Assembly: GCA_013289515.1 (NCBI GenBank)
Contig: JABCZU010000006.1
Location: forward strand, 1,773-65,772
Direction of reading: 5' to 3'
Source of the DNA: Candidatus Babelota bacterium
GTDB taxonomy: Bacteria; Babelota; Babeliae; Babelales; RVW-14
DNA length: 64,000 bases
In this document: piece by piece, positions 39,798 to 49,610 of the stretch
How the letters are laid out: the number at the start of each line of letters is the position of its first letter
Numbering within the stretch: the stretch's first letter is position 1
Notes under the pieces: generated by a model
The model's input: only the letters and a program-made list of their open reading frames with translations
The model's database searches: none
What the model was told of the DNA's origin: nothing
Program-made: the position numbers and the translations under genes

Positions 39798-41747
39798 TTA
39801 TTTCAAAAACTGATTGATATACCAATCATACACTCCCTTAATGCCATCAGACAAGGCAATTTGAGCCTTCCATCCCAAGCTGTTAACATATGACACATCA
39901 AGCAATTTTTTGAGCGTACCATCAGGCTTATTGGTATCAAAGCGCAATTCTCCTTTAAAGCCAACAATGTCTTTGATAAGAAGAGCAAGGTATCGCAAGG
40001 AAATATCAGTACCAACACCAACATTAATACATTCATTGAGCATTGAAGCATCGTAATTTTGCATAAGAAATATAAGCGCTTGTGCCAAGTCATCTACATG
40101 CAAAAATTCACGCATTGGGTTACCGGTCCCCCAGACTGTAACATGATGTTTGAATACACCAATCTTGGCTAAAGTGCTAATTACTGAGGCCGAATCATTC
40201 TGATCAATTAACGCATCAAGGCCATAACCAAGACTATGCTTTTTGACATCCTGCACAATTGCTGCAAGGTCATCCTGTTCAAGTAATTTTGCCAAATGAA
40301 TTTTACGAATCAGTGCTGGTAACACGTGGGATGTTTCGAAGTTAAAATTATCATTAATACCATATAAATTGGTTGGCATAGCAGAAATAAAGTTTGTACC
40401 ATATTGGTGGTTATATGCATCGCACAGTTTAATTGCAGCTATTTTGGCCACCGCATACGGCTCATTGGTTACCTCCAATGGACCGGTAAGCAAATACTCT
40501 TCTTTCATTGGCTGCGGCGCTTGCTTTGGATAAATACAAGAGCTGCCTAAATTAATTAATTTTCGCACGCCATATTTATGTGCTGCATCAATCACGTTAG
40601 CTGCAATCATCATGTTCTTATAAATAAATTCACCTCGGTACGTATTGTTGGCCAAAATGCCGCCAACTTTTGCTGCAGCCAAGAAGACATATTCTGGGCG
40701 CTCCTTTTTAAAAAAATCATGTACTGCTTGTTGATTACATAAATCGAGTTCACTGCTTGTGCGTACTACCAAATTTTTGTATCCAGCAGCCTCAAGGGCC
40801 CGTACAAGTGCTGAACCAACCAATCCCTTATGTCCGGCAACATAGATCTTTGCCTGCAGAGGCATGGGCTTGCACGTTGTAGATTTTAGGTTATTAGTTA
40901 TAACAAATCCAAGTTTTTTGAATACATTCCCCCATTCTTTCTGCACATGTTTATACCCTACAGAAAGAATGTCTTTGACAAAGAAATTTTTAATATGCCT
41001 TTCTTTCCAATCTGTTCTATAGATCGGTAAATCATTCAGTACCACTAGCGTGTAAATAAGCTTAGGAAATTTGCGAGAAATTACATTACGTAATCCAATA
41101 GCCTCAGCTTTTGTTATTTTAGTACGAAAAAAATATATGGGCTTTCCACTGTTAAGGGCTGCATTAAAACGATCAATCCTTCTTAGCATTTTTGCTTGAA
41201 CGGCCTGATAATCGCTCAAAGGCTCAAGATCTTTTTTAAAATCATGAATAAATCGTATACCATATAATTGATCCTCAACACCTATACACCTACCATGACT
41301 CTTGCCAGTTAATTTTAAATTTTCTCGTTTCAAGTAATCTTTAAAGTTACTTTCTATTGCTCTATGAATTGCTTTAATAGGACTTATGCACCAGTCAAAG
41401 GGGAAAAATGCTTCTGAAATTTTAAAAATTTCTAAACTAAGAGCACCTGCACAATTACAACCCAGGCTTATGGTTACATATTGTTTTTTTAAACTAAGTC
41501 CTACTCCTAGGTCCGGGGAAGTATAATCTCTATCTGCTAACGGCAAATACAAGTTACAAAGACAAGCCGCCAATGCATGCGCATTAGTTTCTTTTCTTAG
41601 ATTTTCTAAAACTGAATATTCTTGTTCAATTTCATTGGCTAATATCGTTGTTGGATAATCATCTGCTGTAGTCTGAAATGGTTTTAATGGTTGTAATAAA
41701 AACAAGAATATAACACTGAGAAATGCCCTAATGGTACCTATTGCCAT
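39798..41747 (-). CDS. fcl: DUF1796 domain fused to GDP-L-fucose synthase, with leader peptide
   Basis: N-terminal ISLGCNC, FPFDW, FIHDF, RRIDRF; C-terminal KIYVAGHKGLVGSA, AAKVGGI.AN, GSSCIYP, YAVAK, PTNLYG..DNF, SHVLPA, WGTG.P.REFLHVDD, KPDG. Confidence 0.9.
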   Translation of the reverse strand: MAIGTIRAFLSVIFLFLLQPLKPFQTTADDYPTTILANEIEQEYSVLENLRKETNAHALAACLCNLYLPLADRDYTSPDLGVGLSLKKQYVTISLGCNCAGALSLEIFKISEAFFPFDWCISPIKAIHRAIESNFKDYLKRENLKLTGKSHGRCIGVEDQLYGIRFIHDFKKDLEPLSDYQAVQAKMLRRIDRFNAALNSGKPIYFFRTKITKAEAIGLRNVISRKFPKLIYTLVVLNDLPIYRTDWKERHIKNFFVKDILSVGYKHVQKEWGNVFKKLGFVITNNLKSTTCKPMPLQAKIYVAGHKGLVGSALVRALEAAGYKNLVVRTSSELDLCNQQAVHDFFKKERPEYVFLAAAKVGGILANNTYRGEFIYKNMMIAANVIDAAHKYGVRKLINLGSSCIYPKQAPQPMKEEYLLTGPLEVTNEPYAVAKIAAIKLCDAYNHQYGTNFISAMPTNLYGINDNFNFETSHVLPALIRKIHLAKLLEQDDLAAIVQDVKKHSLGYGLDALIDQNDSASVISTLAKIGVFKHHVTVWGTGNPMREFLHVDDLAQALIFLMQNYDASMLNECINVGVGTDISLRYLALLIKDIVGFKGELRFDTNKPDGTLKKLLDVSYVNSLGWKAQIALSDGIKGVYDWYINQFLK

Positions 41748-42069
41748 ATTATTCCCTTTCCCCTTATTAGTTAATTTTGAAACAGTTACCCAATATCCCC
41801 AATTTAATAGACAGAAAAGGCTCTTTGCAACATTGTATTATAAAATAAAATATTGATTGCAGTGGAAAATTGACTTAGCCATGCAAAAAAACCACACTTT
41901 CTTAGTAAAAACGATTACCTTTTAGAAAATAGATAGATTTATTTAGTAAAATTTTTTTGGCTAAGAGACATTGAACAAATTGCGAAAAAACGTCCGCTGG
42001 AAATGCCTCAATTTCGGCAATTGCTCTTCGATAACCTCATATCTATAAGTCATCAATAGTACACAAATC

Positions 42070-42099
42070 TTGATCGAATAAAGATATCTTTATTATAGT
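42070..42099 (+). promoter_or_regulatory. Sigma70-like promoter upstream of gmd
   Basis: TTGATC-N18-TATAGT in the divergent fcl/gmd intergenic region. Confidence 0.45.
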
Positions 42100-42192
42100 G
42101 GCAAGGAGATGCAATGCGCGATCTTTTTTTAGGAATGGGAAAGCGCTATATTTACAAAAAATGTATTATGGTACAGAAGGGGATAAAAAATA

Positions 42193-43428
42193 ATGAAATA
42201 TATTGTCAGGTTATTTTTATTAAACGCATTTGCTATTATGCCGTACTCAATCAGTGGTTATGCGCCCTTAGTCAACAGCGATTCTAGTCCCATTGCTCAT
42301 CCATTAAAGATAAATACCAATACTGTTAGCAATAAAAAAGTTGCTCTCATTATTGGTGTTACAGGACAAGATGGAGCCTATCTTTCAGAATTTTTATTAA
42401 GAAAGCACTATACTGTACATGGCATTAAGAGACGTTCCTCGTCATTCAATACAGGAAGAATAGACCATCTTTATCAAGATCCTCACCTCAATGCCAACAA
42501 GCACTTTATCTTGCACTATGGCGATTCAACCGATGCCAGCAGCATCTTAGCAATCATACAAAAGGTGAAACCAGATGAGATTTATAACCTTGCAGCACAA
42601 AGTCACGTTCAAGTTTCATTTGAAATGCCCGCCTACACGGCAATGGTGGATGCTTTGGGAACATTATACGTTCTAGAAGCTATTCGCAGCCTTGGCTTAA
42701 CACATAAAACAAAATTTTATCAGGCATCAACAAGCGAACTTTTTGGTAAGGTTCAGGAAACTCCCCAAAAGGAGACAACGCCGTTTTATCCACGCTCCCC
42801 TTATGCCGTTGCTAAAATTTATGGCTTTTGGATAACCAAAAACTATCGTGAAGCCTATAATATGTTTGCATGTAACGGTATCCTATTTAATCATGAATCA
42901 CCCATCAGAGGCGAAACCTTTGTCACCAGAAAAATTACACGGGCAGTTGCGCGCATTAAATATGGCCTTGAAGATACGTTATATTTAGGAAATCTTGATT
43001 CCAAGCGCGACTGGGGACACGCTCGTGATTATGTGGAAGCTATGTGGCTTATGCTTCAGCAAAAAACCGCTGATGACTTTGTGATCGCCACCGGCCAAAC
43101 TCATTCTGTAAGAAAGTTTGTTGAACTAGCCTTTAAAGAAGCTGGCATCACTATTAAGTGGCACGGGGAAGGAGTCAACGAATACGGAACTGATAAGGAC
43201 ACGGGCAAGGCCATCGTTATGGTTGATAAAAAATACTTCAGGCCAACAGAGGTCGATCTGCTCCTTGGCGACGCCACTAAGGCACGCACAATTCTTAGAT
43301 GGACGCCTCGTACCACATTTGAGCAATTAGTTAATGAGATGGTTGTTAGTGAAATGGATGAGGTCCGCCATCAAATGAGATCATTGCAAACCAATCAATC
43401 GCTCTTTGAAGAACAGGATCTGTATTAA
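42193..43428 (+). CDS. gmd: GDP-mannose 4,6-dehydratase with ~47-aa N-terminal leader
   Basis: [67 protein letters not shown]. Confidence 0.95.
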   Translation: MKYIVRLFLLNAFAIMPYSISGYAPLVNSDSSPIAHPLKINTNTVSNKKVALIIGVTGQDGAYLSEFLLRKHYTVHGIKRRSSSFNTGRIDHLYQDPHLNANKHFILHYGDSTDASSILAIIQKVKPDEIYNLAAQSHVQVSFEMPAYTAMVDALGTLYVLEAIRSLGLTHKTKFYQASTSELFGKVQETPQKETTPFYPRSPYAVAKIYGFWITKNYREAYNMFACNGILFNHESPIRGETFVTRKITRAVARIKYGLEDTLYLGNLDSKRDWGHARDYVEAMWLMLQQKTADDFVIATGQTHSVRKFVELAFKEAGITIKWHGEGVNEYGTDKDTGKAIVMVDKKYFRPTEVDLLLGDATKARTILRWTPRTTFEQLVNEMVVSEMDEVRHQMRSLQTNQSLFEEQDLY

Positions 43429-43429
43429 G

Positions 43430-44455
43430 ATGAAAAAAATACTCTATGGCCTTATCTATTGCATGTTGCATACAACACTGACACTGGCAAATGCTGAAAA
43501 AATCATTTATATAGTTCCAGCAATAGACACGCCCACCAATGGAGGATTATTTGCTCCTAAAGAATTTAATGATAGTCGAAGGAGGTTTATAGCATTAAAA
43601 GAAGTAGCACAACGCAAAGGCTACACACTTCAGGCAACTAAAGACATTAGCGATAAAAAAAATGTTGTTGCTGTCGTTGTTTTTACTACCATGCATATTA
43701 ACCAGAAATTGCTTCAGAATTTGCAACAATATCCCAAGAGAAAGCGCATCCTATTTTTGTCAGAATCTCCTCTGTTGCAAGGATGGGCTCATGATTCATC
43801 CATCACAAAACATTGGGGGAAAGTATTTACCGTATTAGATAACTTTGTCGACAATAAAAAATTTTTTAAATATTACTATCCACAATCTTCGTTACAAATG
43901 ATTGGTGATATACCCCCTTTTGAGCAAAAAAAATTTTGTACCCTGATTGCAGGTAATAAAGATTTCTGTAGTAAGAATAAAGATGGGCTCTACGTACAAC
44001 GAAGAAAAACAATAAAATTTTTTGAAGATTTACATACTAATGAGTTTGATTTATATGGCATTGGATGGAACAAAAAAAAGAATCCATCATATCAAGGAGC
44101 AATCAAAAATAAAACGGAAACTCTAAAACATTACAAGTTTTGTATTTGTTATGAGAATATTAAAAACACTTATGGTTATATCTCAGAAAAGATTTTTGAC
44201 TGTCTTATAGCTGGTTGTATTCCAATTTATTGGGGAGCTGCAAATGTTACCTCTTACATCCCAAAAAATTGCTTTATAGACCGACGAGCATTCAACTCCC
44301 TAAGTGACCTTTATAGATTTTTAAAAAAGATGAATGAGGATACCTACAATCAATATTTGGTAAATATTAGAAAGTTTCTAAATTCAGAAAAAGTAAATAA
44401 ATTTTCCATAAATCATTTTACAAAAACATTCTTGAATGCTGTAGAAAAACCATAG
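43430..44455 (+). CDS. GT10-like (alpha-1,3/4) fucosyltransferase with signal peptide
   Basis: ESP, YKFCICYEN...GYISEKIFD.L.AGCIPIYWG (alpha-3-fucosyltransferase motif); leader ending ANA. Confidence 0.82.
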   Translation: MKKILYGLIYCMLHTTLTLANAEKIIYIVPAIDTPTNGGLFAPKEFNDSRRRFIALKEVAQRKGYTLQATKDISDKKNVVAVVVFTTMHINQKLLQNLQQYPKRKRILFLSESPLLQGWAHDSSITKHWGKVFTVLDNFVDNKKFFKYYYPQSSLQMIGDIPPFEQKKFCTLIAGNKDFCSKNKDGLYVQRRKTIKFFEDLHTNEFDLYGIGWNKKKNPSYQGAIKNKTETLKHYKFCICYENIKNTYGYISEKIFDCLIAGCIPIYWGAANVTSYIPKNCFIDRRAFNSLSDLYRFLKKMNEDTYNQYLVNIRKFLNSEKVNKFSINHFTKTFLNAVEKP

Positions 44456-44515
44456 TTCAATGGATAAGGATTTTTGCGACAGATATGCAAAAAATCTGTC
44501 GCAGGGGGCAGGGTT

Positions 44516-45772
44516 ATGAAGTTGACGTATAAAAAATTATACAGATTGCTATGTTTACAAATATTCTTTCTATGGAATATCTTTCCTCTTAATTATATCG
44601 ACCAGGTTGACGACCTCTTATATCGTTCTGTGTATATGCCCCAAAAAAGCGAAAAAAAAACTGCTGTTGTGCTAGTGCACCACGATGCCCCGCATTGGGG
44701 GGGCATGGAGTCTCATATGGTTAATTATTACAAGACACTTCTGAAACATGGACATTCTGTGGTGCTTATTACGAAGACGGGGACAGAAACAGCGCGACAG
44801 CTTGATTGTATGAAATTACCCTTTATGCCGTTTTCTAAAAATGGCTTGTATCAGGATATGCTTGATGCTTGTAGGGCTATTGATGCCAATGTTATTGTGT
44901 GTCTGAGCTTTGAGAAAGTTGGTGTAGCAAAGCTTGTAGCAAAAACCATGCCTATTAAGATTATCTATGAGCAGCACATGGTCTCGTATGCACAACAATC
45001 AGGCTCTGTAACAATGCTCAAAGGTATTGATGCCGTTGTGGCGGTCAACCAGGAGCTTGTAAATCATTTTGAAAAAATAAATCAACATGATACATTAGAT
45101 ATCAAGCACATAAAATTTATTCCGCCCTTTATGGACGAGGATAGGTTTTCTTTGCCGCTACCAAAAATATCTAAAGACAAATACTTTAAAAAGAATTTTA
45201 ACATAGGACTCAAACAGTGTCCTACGCTTTGTATGATAGCTGGTATGTACCCAAGTGTTGATGGCAAAAATCACCCATTACTTTTTAAAGCAATTCACCA
45301 TTTTGTGCATATTAAAAAAAGACCGGTACAAGCCTTACTTGTTGGTGATGGCGCAGCCAAAGAGTATTTAAAAAAATTGGTACACAAATTAAAAATAAAT
45401 GAGTACATACACTTTCTTGGTTTTACACCCCCTTCTCAAATTCCTGCTATTCTTCATTATGCAGATTTTCACGTATTGGCAAGCACAAAGGAGTCATTTG
45501 GTCTTGTTCATATAGAGGCCGGTTTTATGAAAAAACCGTCGATAGGGGCATTGGGAACCGGAGCAACCACTATTATTAAACACGGCGTATCAGGATTGTT
45601 ATTTAAAAATAACAACCTTAAAAGCCTGATTAATTGTATTGACCAGTTGGCTCATCGCCCCGTATTGTGTGCCAAGTTTGGCAAGAATGCCTTTGAGTAT
45701 ATGCATAAATATTTTTCTAACGATATTCACTATCAGCTGCTTACAGATCTTTATAAAAAAATAGGTTGTTAA
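44516..45772 (+). CDS. GT4-family glycosyltransferase, close paralogue of 34635..35927
   Basis: WGGMESHMVNYYKTL, ESFGLVHIEA; hydrophobic leader. Confidence 0.85.
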   Translation: MKLTYKKLYRLLCLQIFFLWNIFPLNYIDQVDDLLYRSVYMPQKSEKKTAVVLVHHDAPHWGGMESHMVNYYKTLLKHGHSVVLITKTGTETARQLDCMKLPFMPFSKNGLYQDMLDACRAIDANVIVCLSFEKVGVAKLVAKTMPIKIIYEQHMVSYAQQSGSVTMLKGIDAVVAVNQELVNHFEKINQHDTLDIKHIKFIPPFMDEDRFSLPLPKISKDKYFKKNFNIGLKQCPTLCMIAGMYPSVDGKNHPLLFKAIHHFVHIKKRPVQALLVGDGAAKEYLKKLVHKLKINEYIHFLGFTPPSQIPAILHYADFHVLASTKESFGLVHIEAGFMKKPSIGALGTGATTIIKHGVSGLLFKNNNLKSLINCIDQLAHRPVLCAKFGKNAFEYMHKYFSNDIHYQLLTDLYKKIGC

Positions 45773-45797
45773 TAAAAACCACTGTGGAGATTTTTTA

Positions 45798-46736
45798 GTG
45801 ATGATTAAATTAACGTTTTTAGCAAATACAAGAGTATTGGTAGTATTATTTATTTTGATTCAAGGCTCATTATTAGGTCTTATTATTCAGGTTCCTCCTG
45901 CACACCATCACCAAGTACAACTCAGTGGGTTACGAGCTTCAAGCCTTCCGTACATCTCAGGTGATACTTTTAGAATGGCCTGCGATCTTATTATTGATGA
46001 AAGACAGCGCGTATTCAATACTGACTGGGTAAAAAATGGTAGTGTTATTTTTCTTAAAGCAAATCTGATCCCATTTTTCTTTACGCGGATTCATCCCTAT
46101 ATTACTAAGCGGTATATCCTTGTAACACATAATAGTGTTCAACCTGCTCCTGGTAAATTTATCAAATATTTGAATGATAAAAAAATCATCGCCTGGTTTG
46201 GACAAAACTGCGATAGCAATGCGCATAAAAAATTTATACCAATTCCAGTAGGTATTGCTAATCGTTACTGGTCAATCGGCGATATTAAAGTGTTTGACAA
46301 TGTTCGTGAGCGCACAAAAAATCATGAGCGTCCCTGGCTTGTCTACCTTAATTGTGTAAATACCCATCCGGAACGCCAAGAGGTTAATAGGCTTTTTTCG
46401 AGTAAGCCATGGTGTGTGAATGCGACAAAAAAACCGCACCCTGAATTCTTAGAAGATCTTGCGCGTTGTAAATTTATATTATGTCCACGGGGTAATGGGC
46501 TTGATTGCCATAGAACCTGGGAAGTACTTCTTATGGGCGCCATCCCTATCATGAAACACTCAACGCTGGATCCATTATTTGCAGGACTCCCTGTTGTACT
46601 TATTAATAAGTGGAGTGATGTTACCGAGGATTTTCTTGAAAAAACATACGCCAAAATACAACGCACAATATTTGCAACTGATCGTATGTTTGGTGGCTAT
46701 TGGCTAAAGCTTATTGCTCAGGCAAAAAAATTATGA
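45798..46736 (+). CDS. Exostosin/GT47-like glycosyltransferase with leader
   Basis: PYISGDTFR, IPIPVGI.N, KFILCPRGNGLDCHRTWE.L.MGAIPI. Confidence 0.75.
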   Translation: MMIKLTFLANTRVLVVLFILIQGSLLGLIIQVPPAHHHQVQLSGLRASSLPYISGDTFRMACDLIIDERQRVFNTDWVKNGSVIFLKANLIPFFFTRIHPYITKRYILVTHNSVQPAPGKFIKYLNDKKIIAWFGQNCDSNAHKKFIPIPVGIANRYWSIGDIKVFDNVRERTKNHERPWLVYLNCVNTHPERQEVNRLFSSKPWCVNATKKPHPEFLEDLARCKFILCPRGNGLDCHRTWEVLLMGAIPIMKHSTLDPLFAGLPVVLINKWSDVTEDFLEKTYAKIQRTIFATDRMFGGYWLKLIAQAKKL

Positions 46737-46923
46737 TCGCTTATCAATAAGAACCTTACTTGATCTTTTTGCTTGACAATCAGAGTGGCCTTAATGAAGG
46801 ATATGTATCACAGATAAATGCTTTGATATGTGAAGCACCTTGACCTTGCAGTGTGAGGGCGTATAAAAACAAAATTTGTGCGCATATTATGATAAATCCT
46901 ACTTCCTACAAGCAAAGAGTGCA

Positions 46924-47793
46924 ATGCCAAGAAATCTATTATTTATGATAACGTTTTATTGCGCCTGTTCTATTGGATCCTTATTATCCAATGTCCAAAA
47001 GATTGTACGTAGCTTTCCCCCAAAAGGTAATTATTCCGTTGTCATGCACTCCCGACAAGGTGCCGGTATGTTTAGTATGTTTGATGATGTTCTTGATTTA
47101 TTAAAACGTTACGAGCTAGGGCATTATCAAGGCGTTGAGGTAAATTTAGGAAAAACAGGGGTTTACTATCAACCTAGTCATGGTGAAAATTGGTGGTCCT
47201 ATTATTGCGAACCAATAAGCCTGGGTAAAAAAAGTAATAGTAAAATGATTATGGGTGGGGATCCATACATCATTTCATGGCGACGACATCCATGGCCTCG
47301 GAAAGAAGCATCTAGGCTTATTAAGAAATATATACGCATCAAATCTCATATTCAAAAAACAGTTAATGTTTTAAGCAGAGCCCTAAAAGACCATTTTGTC
47401 ATATCAGTTCATTACAGAGCAACTGACAAACTTTTTGAGGCTCCTCGCGTGAGCTTTGAAAAGTTTGAGCAAGAAGTCCTAAAAACAATGAAAGCTTACG
47501 GTCAAAAAAAATATAAAATTTTTGTAGCAACTGATGAGCAAGCATTCTTATGTTATATGATCAAGAAATTTGGGATTCTTGTTCATTATAATCCGAGTGC
47601 AATACGTTCCAAGGATGGTAAGCCTGTCCATAATAATGTGCAGAATGACCAGTATAAATGCGGCGAGGATGCCTTGATTGACGCGCTTTTACTCTCTCGA
47701 GGAAATTATCTTATTAAGACTGTCTCATTTTTAAGCAGGTGGGCAACATTTTTTAATATCAATCTTCCCTTTGTAGAGTTGAGCAATAAATAA
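46924..47793 (+). CDS. NodZ/GT23-like fucosyltransferase with leader
   Basis: GAGMFS, NWWSYY, VHYRATDK, FVATD, ALIDALLLS. Confidence 0.8.
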   Translation: MPRNLLFMITFYCACSIGSLLSNVQKIVRSFPPKGNYSVVMHSRQGAGMFSMFDDVLDLLKRYELGHYQGVEVNLGKTGVYYQPSHGENWWSYYCEPISLGKKSNSKMIMGGDPYIISWRRHPWPRKEASRLIKKYIRIKSHIQKTVNVLSRALKDHFVISVHYRATDKLFEAPRVSFEKFEQEVLKTMKAYGQKKYKIFVATDEQAFLCYMIKKFGILVHYNPSAIRSKDGKPVHNNVQNDQYKCGEDALIDALLLSRGNYLIKTVSFLSRWATFFNINLPFVELSNK

Positions 47794-47839
47794 CAAATGC
47801 AATGTTGATCTATTATATTTATGATAAGAAGGAGAAATC

Positions 47840-48565
47840 ATGTATCAAATCTTAAAAAAAACGGCGATTTTATTTATTGCTGGCCTACTGTTTTTTCAGC
47901 ATGTAGAATGTGCTCGCAAAATAACCAAAAAAATAACCAAAAAAATTATCAAGACATATTTACCTGAACATTTTGTGGTTGTTGAGGCTGGTGCATGCAA
48001 TGGCTCAGATACTGCTGAAATGGCCAAGCTTTGGCCCAATAGTAAAATACACGCCTTTGAGCCAGTGCCCGCTCTTTTTGCTCAATTGAAAAATAGAGTC
48101 AAAAATCATAAAAATGTTGCCTGTTATACTTCCGCGTTAAGTAATCAAGCAGGATCTGCTACATTTTATGTTAGCAGTGGAACATCGGATGCTTCAAGTT
48201 CCTTGCTGAAGCCTAAAGAGCACTTAACTGTTTGTCCAACCGTTCTTTTTGAAAAAGAAATTATTGTTAAAACAATTATGCTAGATGATTGGGCCAAACA
48301 ACATAAGATAGAAAAAGTTGATTTTCTATGGCTTGATATGCAAGGATCCGAGCTCACAATGCTTAAAGCAGCTCCAAAGATACTTAAAACAGTACGTGTT
48401 ATTCAGATGGAGGTATCTATAAAGGAGTTGTATGAAACGGTTCCTCTTTATTCCGAAGTACGAAAGTGGCTCGAACAACAAGGGTTTGCGGTGGTACTGG
48501 CTGATATAGATGAGGCTAGAGGATGGGGAGATGTGTTGTTTGTTAGGAAAAAGGCATATCTTTAA
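47840..48565 (+). CDS. FkbM-family methyltransferase with signal peptide
   Basis: VEAGACNG.D, HAFEP, SSSLLKP, WLDMQGSE, WGDVLF. Confidence 0.88.
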   Translation: MYQILKKTAILFIAGLLFFQHVECARKITKKITKKIIKTYLPEHFVVVEAGACNGSDTAEMAKLWPNSKIHAFEPVPALFAQLKNRVKNHKNVACYTSALSNQAGSATFYVSSGTSDASSSLLKPKEHLTVCPTVLFEKEIIVKTIMLDDWAKQHKIEKVDFLWLDMQGSELTMLKAAPKILKTVRVIQMEVSIKELYETVPLYSEVRKWLEQQGFAVVLADIDEARGWGDVLFVRKKAYL

Positions 48566-48647
48566 CCCCTTTATAAAAGAGCCCATGCAGGAACAGAGGG
48601 GAAATGTACTTAAAGTTCTTGGGCTTTTAAAATAATAAGGAAATGTA

Positions 48648-49577
48648 ATGGTGGGGCTTAAAAAAACATGCGGTGTTTTATTAGTTGTTGCCGCATGGGG
48701 CCGTGCTATCATCCCTGTTGATCAATGCATAACACTAATAAATCAATCCGTATTATCAAACCCAACCAAAGCGACATGCCAACCTACTGTAATCCAAGCC
48801 CCTATTGACGGCACCATCCTTTTTGCCACGCCACTACCCTCTCACGGCATTTATTACCCTCGGGCAGGTGCGTATTATCAAGCCGATCCTACACATCAAA
48901 AGGTCATGGTTGGCAAAGCCAAGCTCGCCCAGCGGTTTACACCGTACACCGATGCATGGTATACGCATGGCGGCCGGAATACGCAAGAGCTTAATGACTT
49001 GGTAGATGCCGTCATTGATTACGTAAAACCAAAGCTATCTATTGCAACTAAAAAGCCTAAGCTTGCAATCTTTGATATTGATGAAACGATCGTAAGTTTT
49101 TATTGGGTGCATCGTGCCAACCATTGCAAGCAGCGCGGACAACATGCCGGCCTGGTAGTACTTGAGCCTTTACATCGCCTCTACCAATTTTTCCAGGCGC
49201 ATAAATGTGCTATTGCCTTTATAACGGCGCGCAAAGAGCCACGGCGTAAGGCTACAGAAAGTATGCTTAAGGCTTGTGGCTACCAAAATTATGCTGCGCT
49301 GCACCTATTACCAGTTGATTACGATGAAGCAAAGGTGCACGTGTATAAAGAATCTGCCCGACAAACACTGTCCCAGCAGTACGAAATTGTTGCTACCATT
49401 GATGATGATTGTAAAAATTTAACAGGCAAGGCGCTTGGTTGGTGTGCTGTCTGGGTTCCTTCTCTATTGTATCGGCGTGATCATGACGAGGCCTTCTTTT
49501 CATCACTGCAAAAAATTGTGACGACTGATGTATATGCTCCAACACATAAACATGCTAAGCTCGTGAATCCGGAGTAG
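48648..49577 (+). CDS. HAD-superfamily (class B-like) acid phosphatase with leader
   Basis: AIFDIDET (motif I), FITAR (II), YK (III), IDDD (IV). Confidence 0.75.
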   Translation: MVGLKKTCGVLLVVAAWGRAIIPVDQCITLINQSVLSNPTKATCQPTVIQAPIDGTILFATPLPSHGIYYPRAGAYYQADPTHQKVMVGKAKLAQRFTPYTDAWYTHGGRNTQELNDLVDAVIDYVKPKLSIATKKPKLAIFDIDETIVSFYWVHRANHCKQRGQHAGLVVLEPLHRLYQFFQAHKCAIAFITARKEPRRKATESMLKACGYQNYAALHLLPVDYDEAKVHVYKESARQTLSQQYEIVATIDDDCKNLTGKALGWCAVWVPSLLYRRDHDEAFFSSLQKIVTTDVYAPTHKHAKLVNPE

Positions 49578-49610
49578 TGTTTAAAGGAGAATGTGTTTAG
49601 AGGGGAAGAT

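Noticed and set aside
26774-47793. Nod-factor biosynthesis (NodZ-like enzymes, sulfotransferases, PAPS synthase)
   Set aside because: No nodA, nodB or nodC homologues in the window; the enzyme mix fits glycan or glycoprotein modification better
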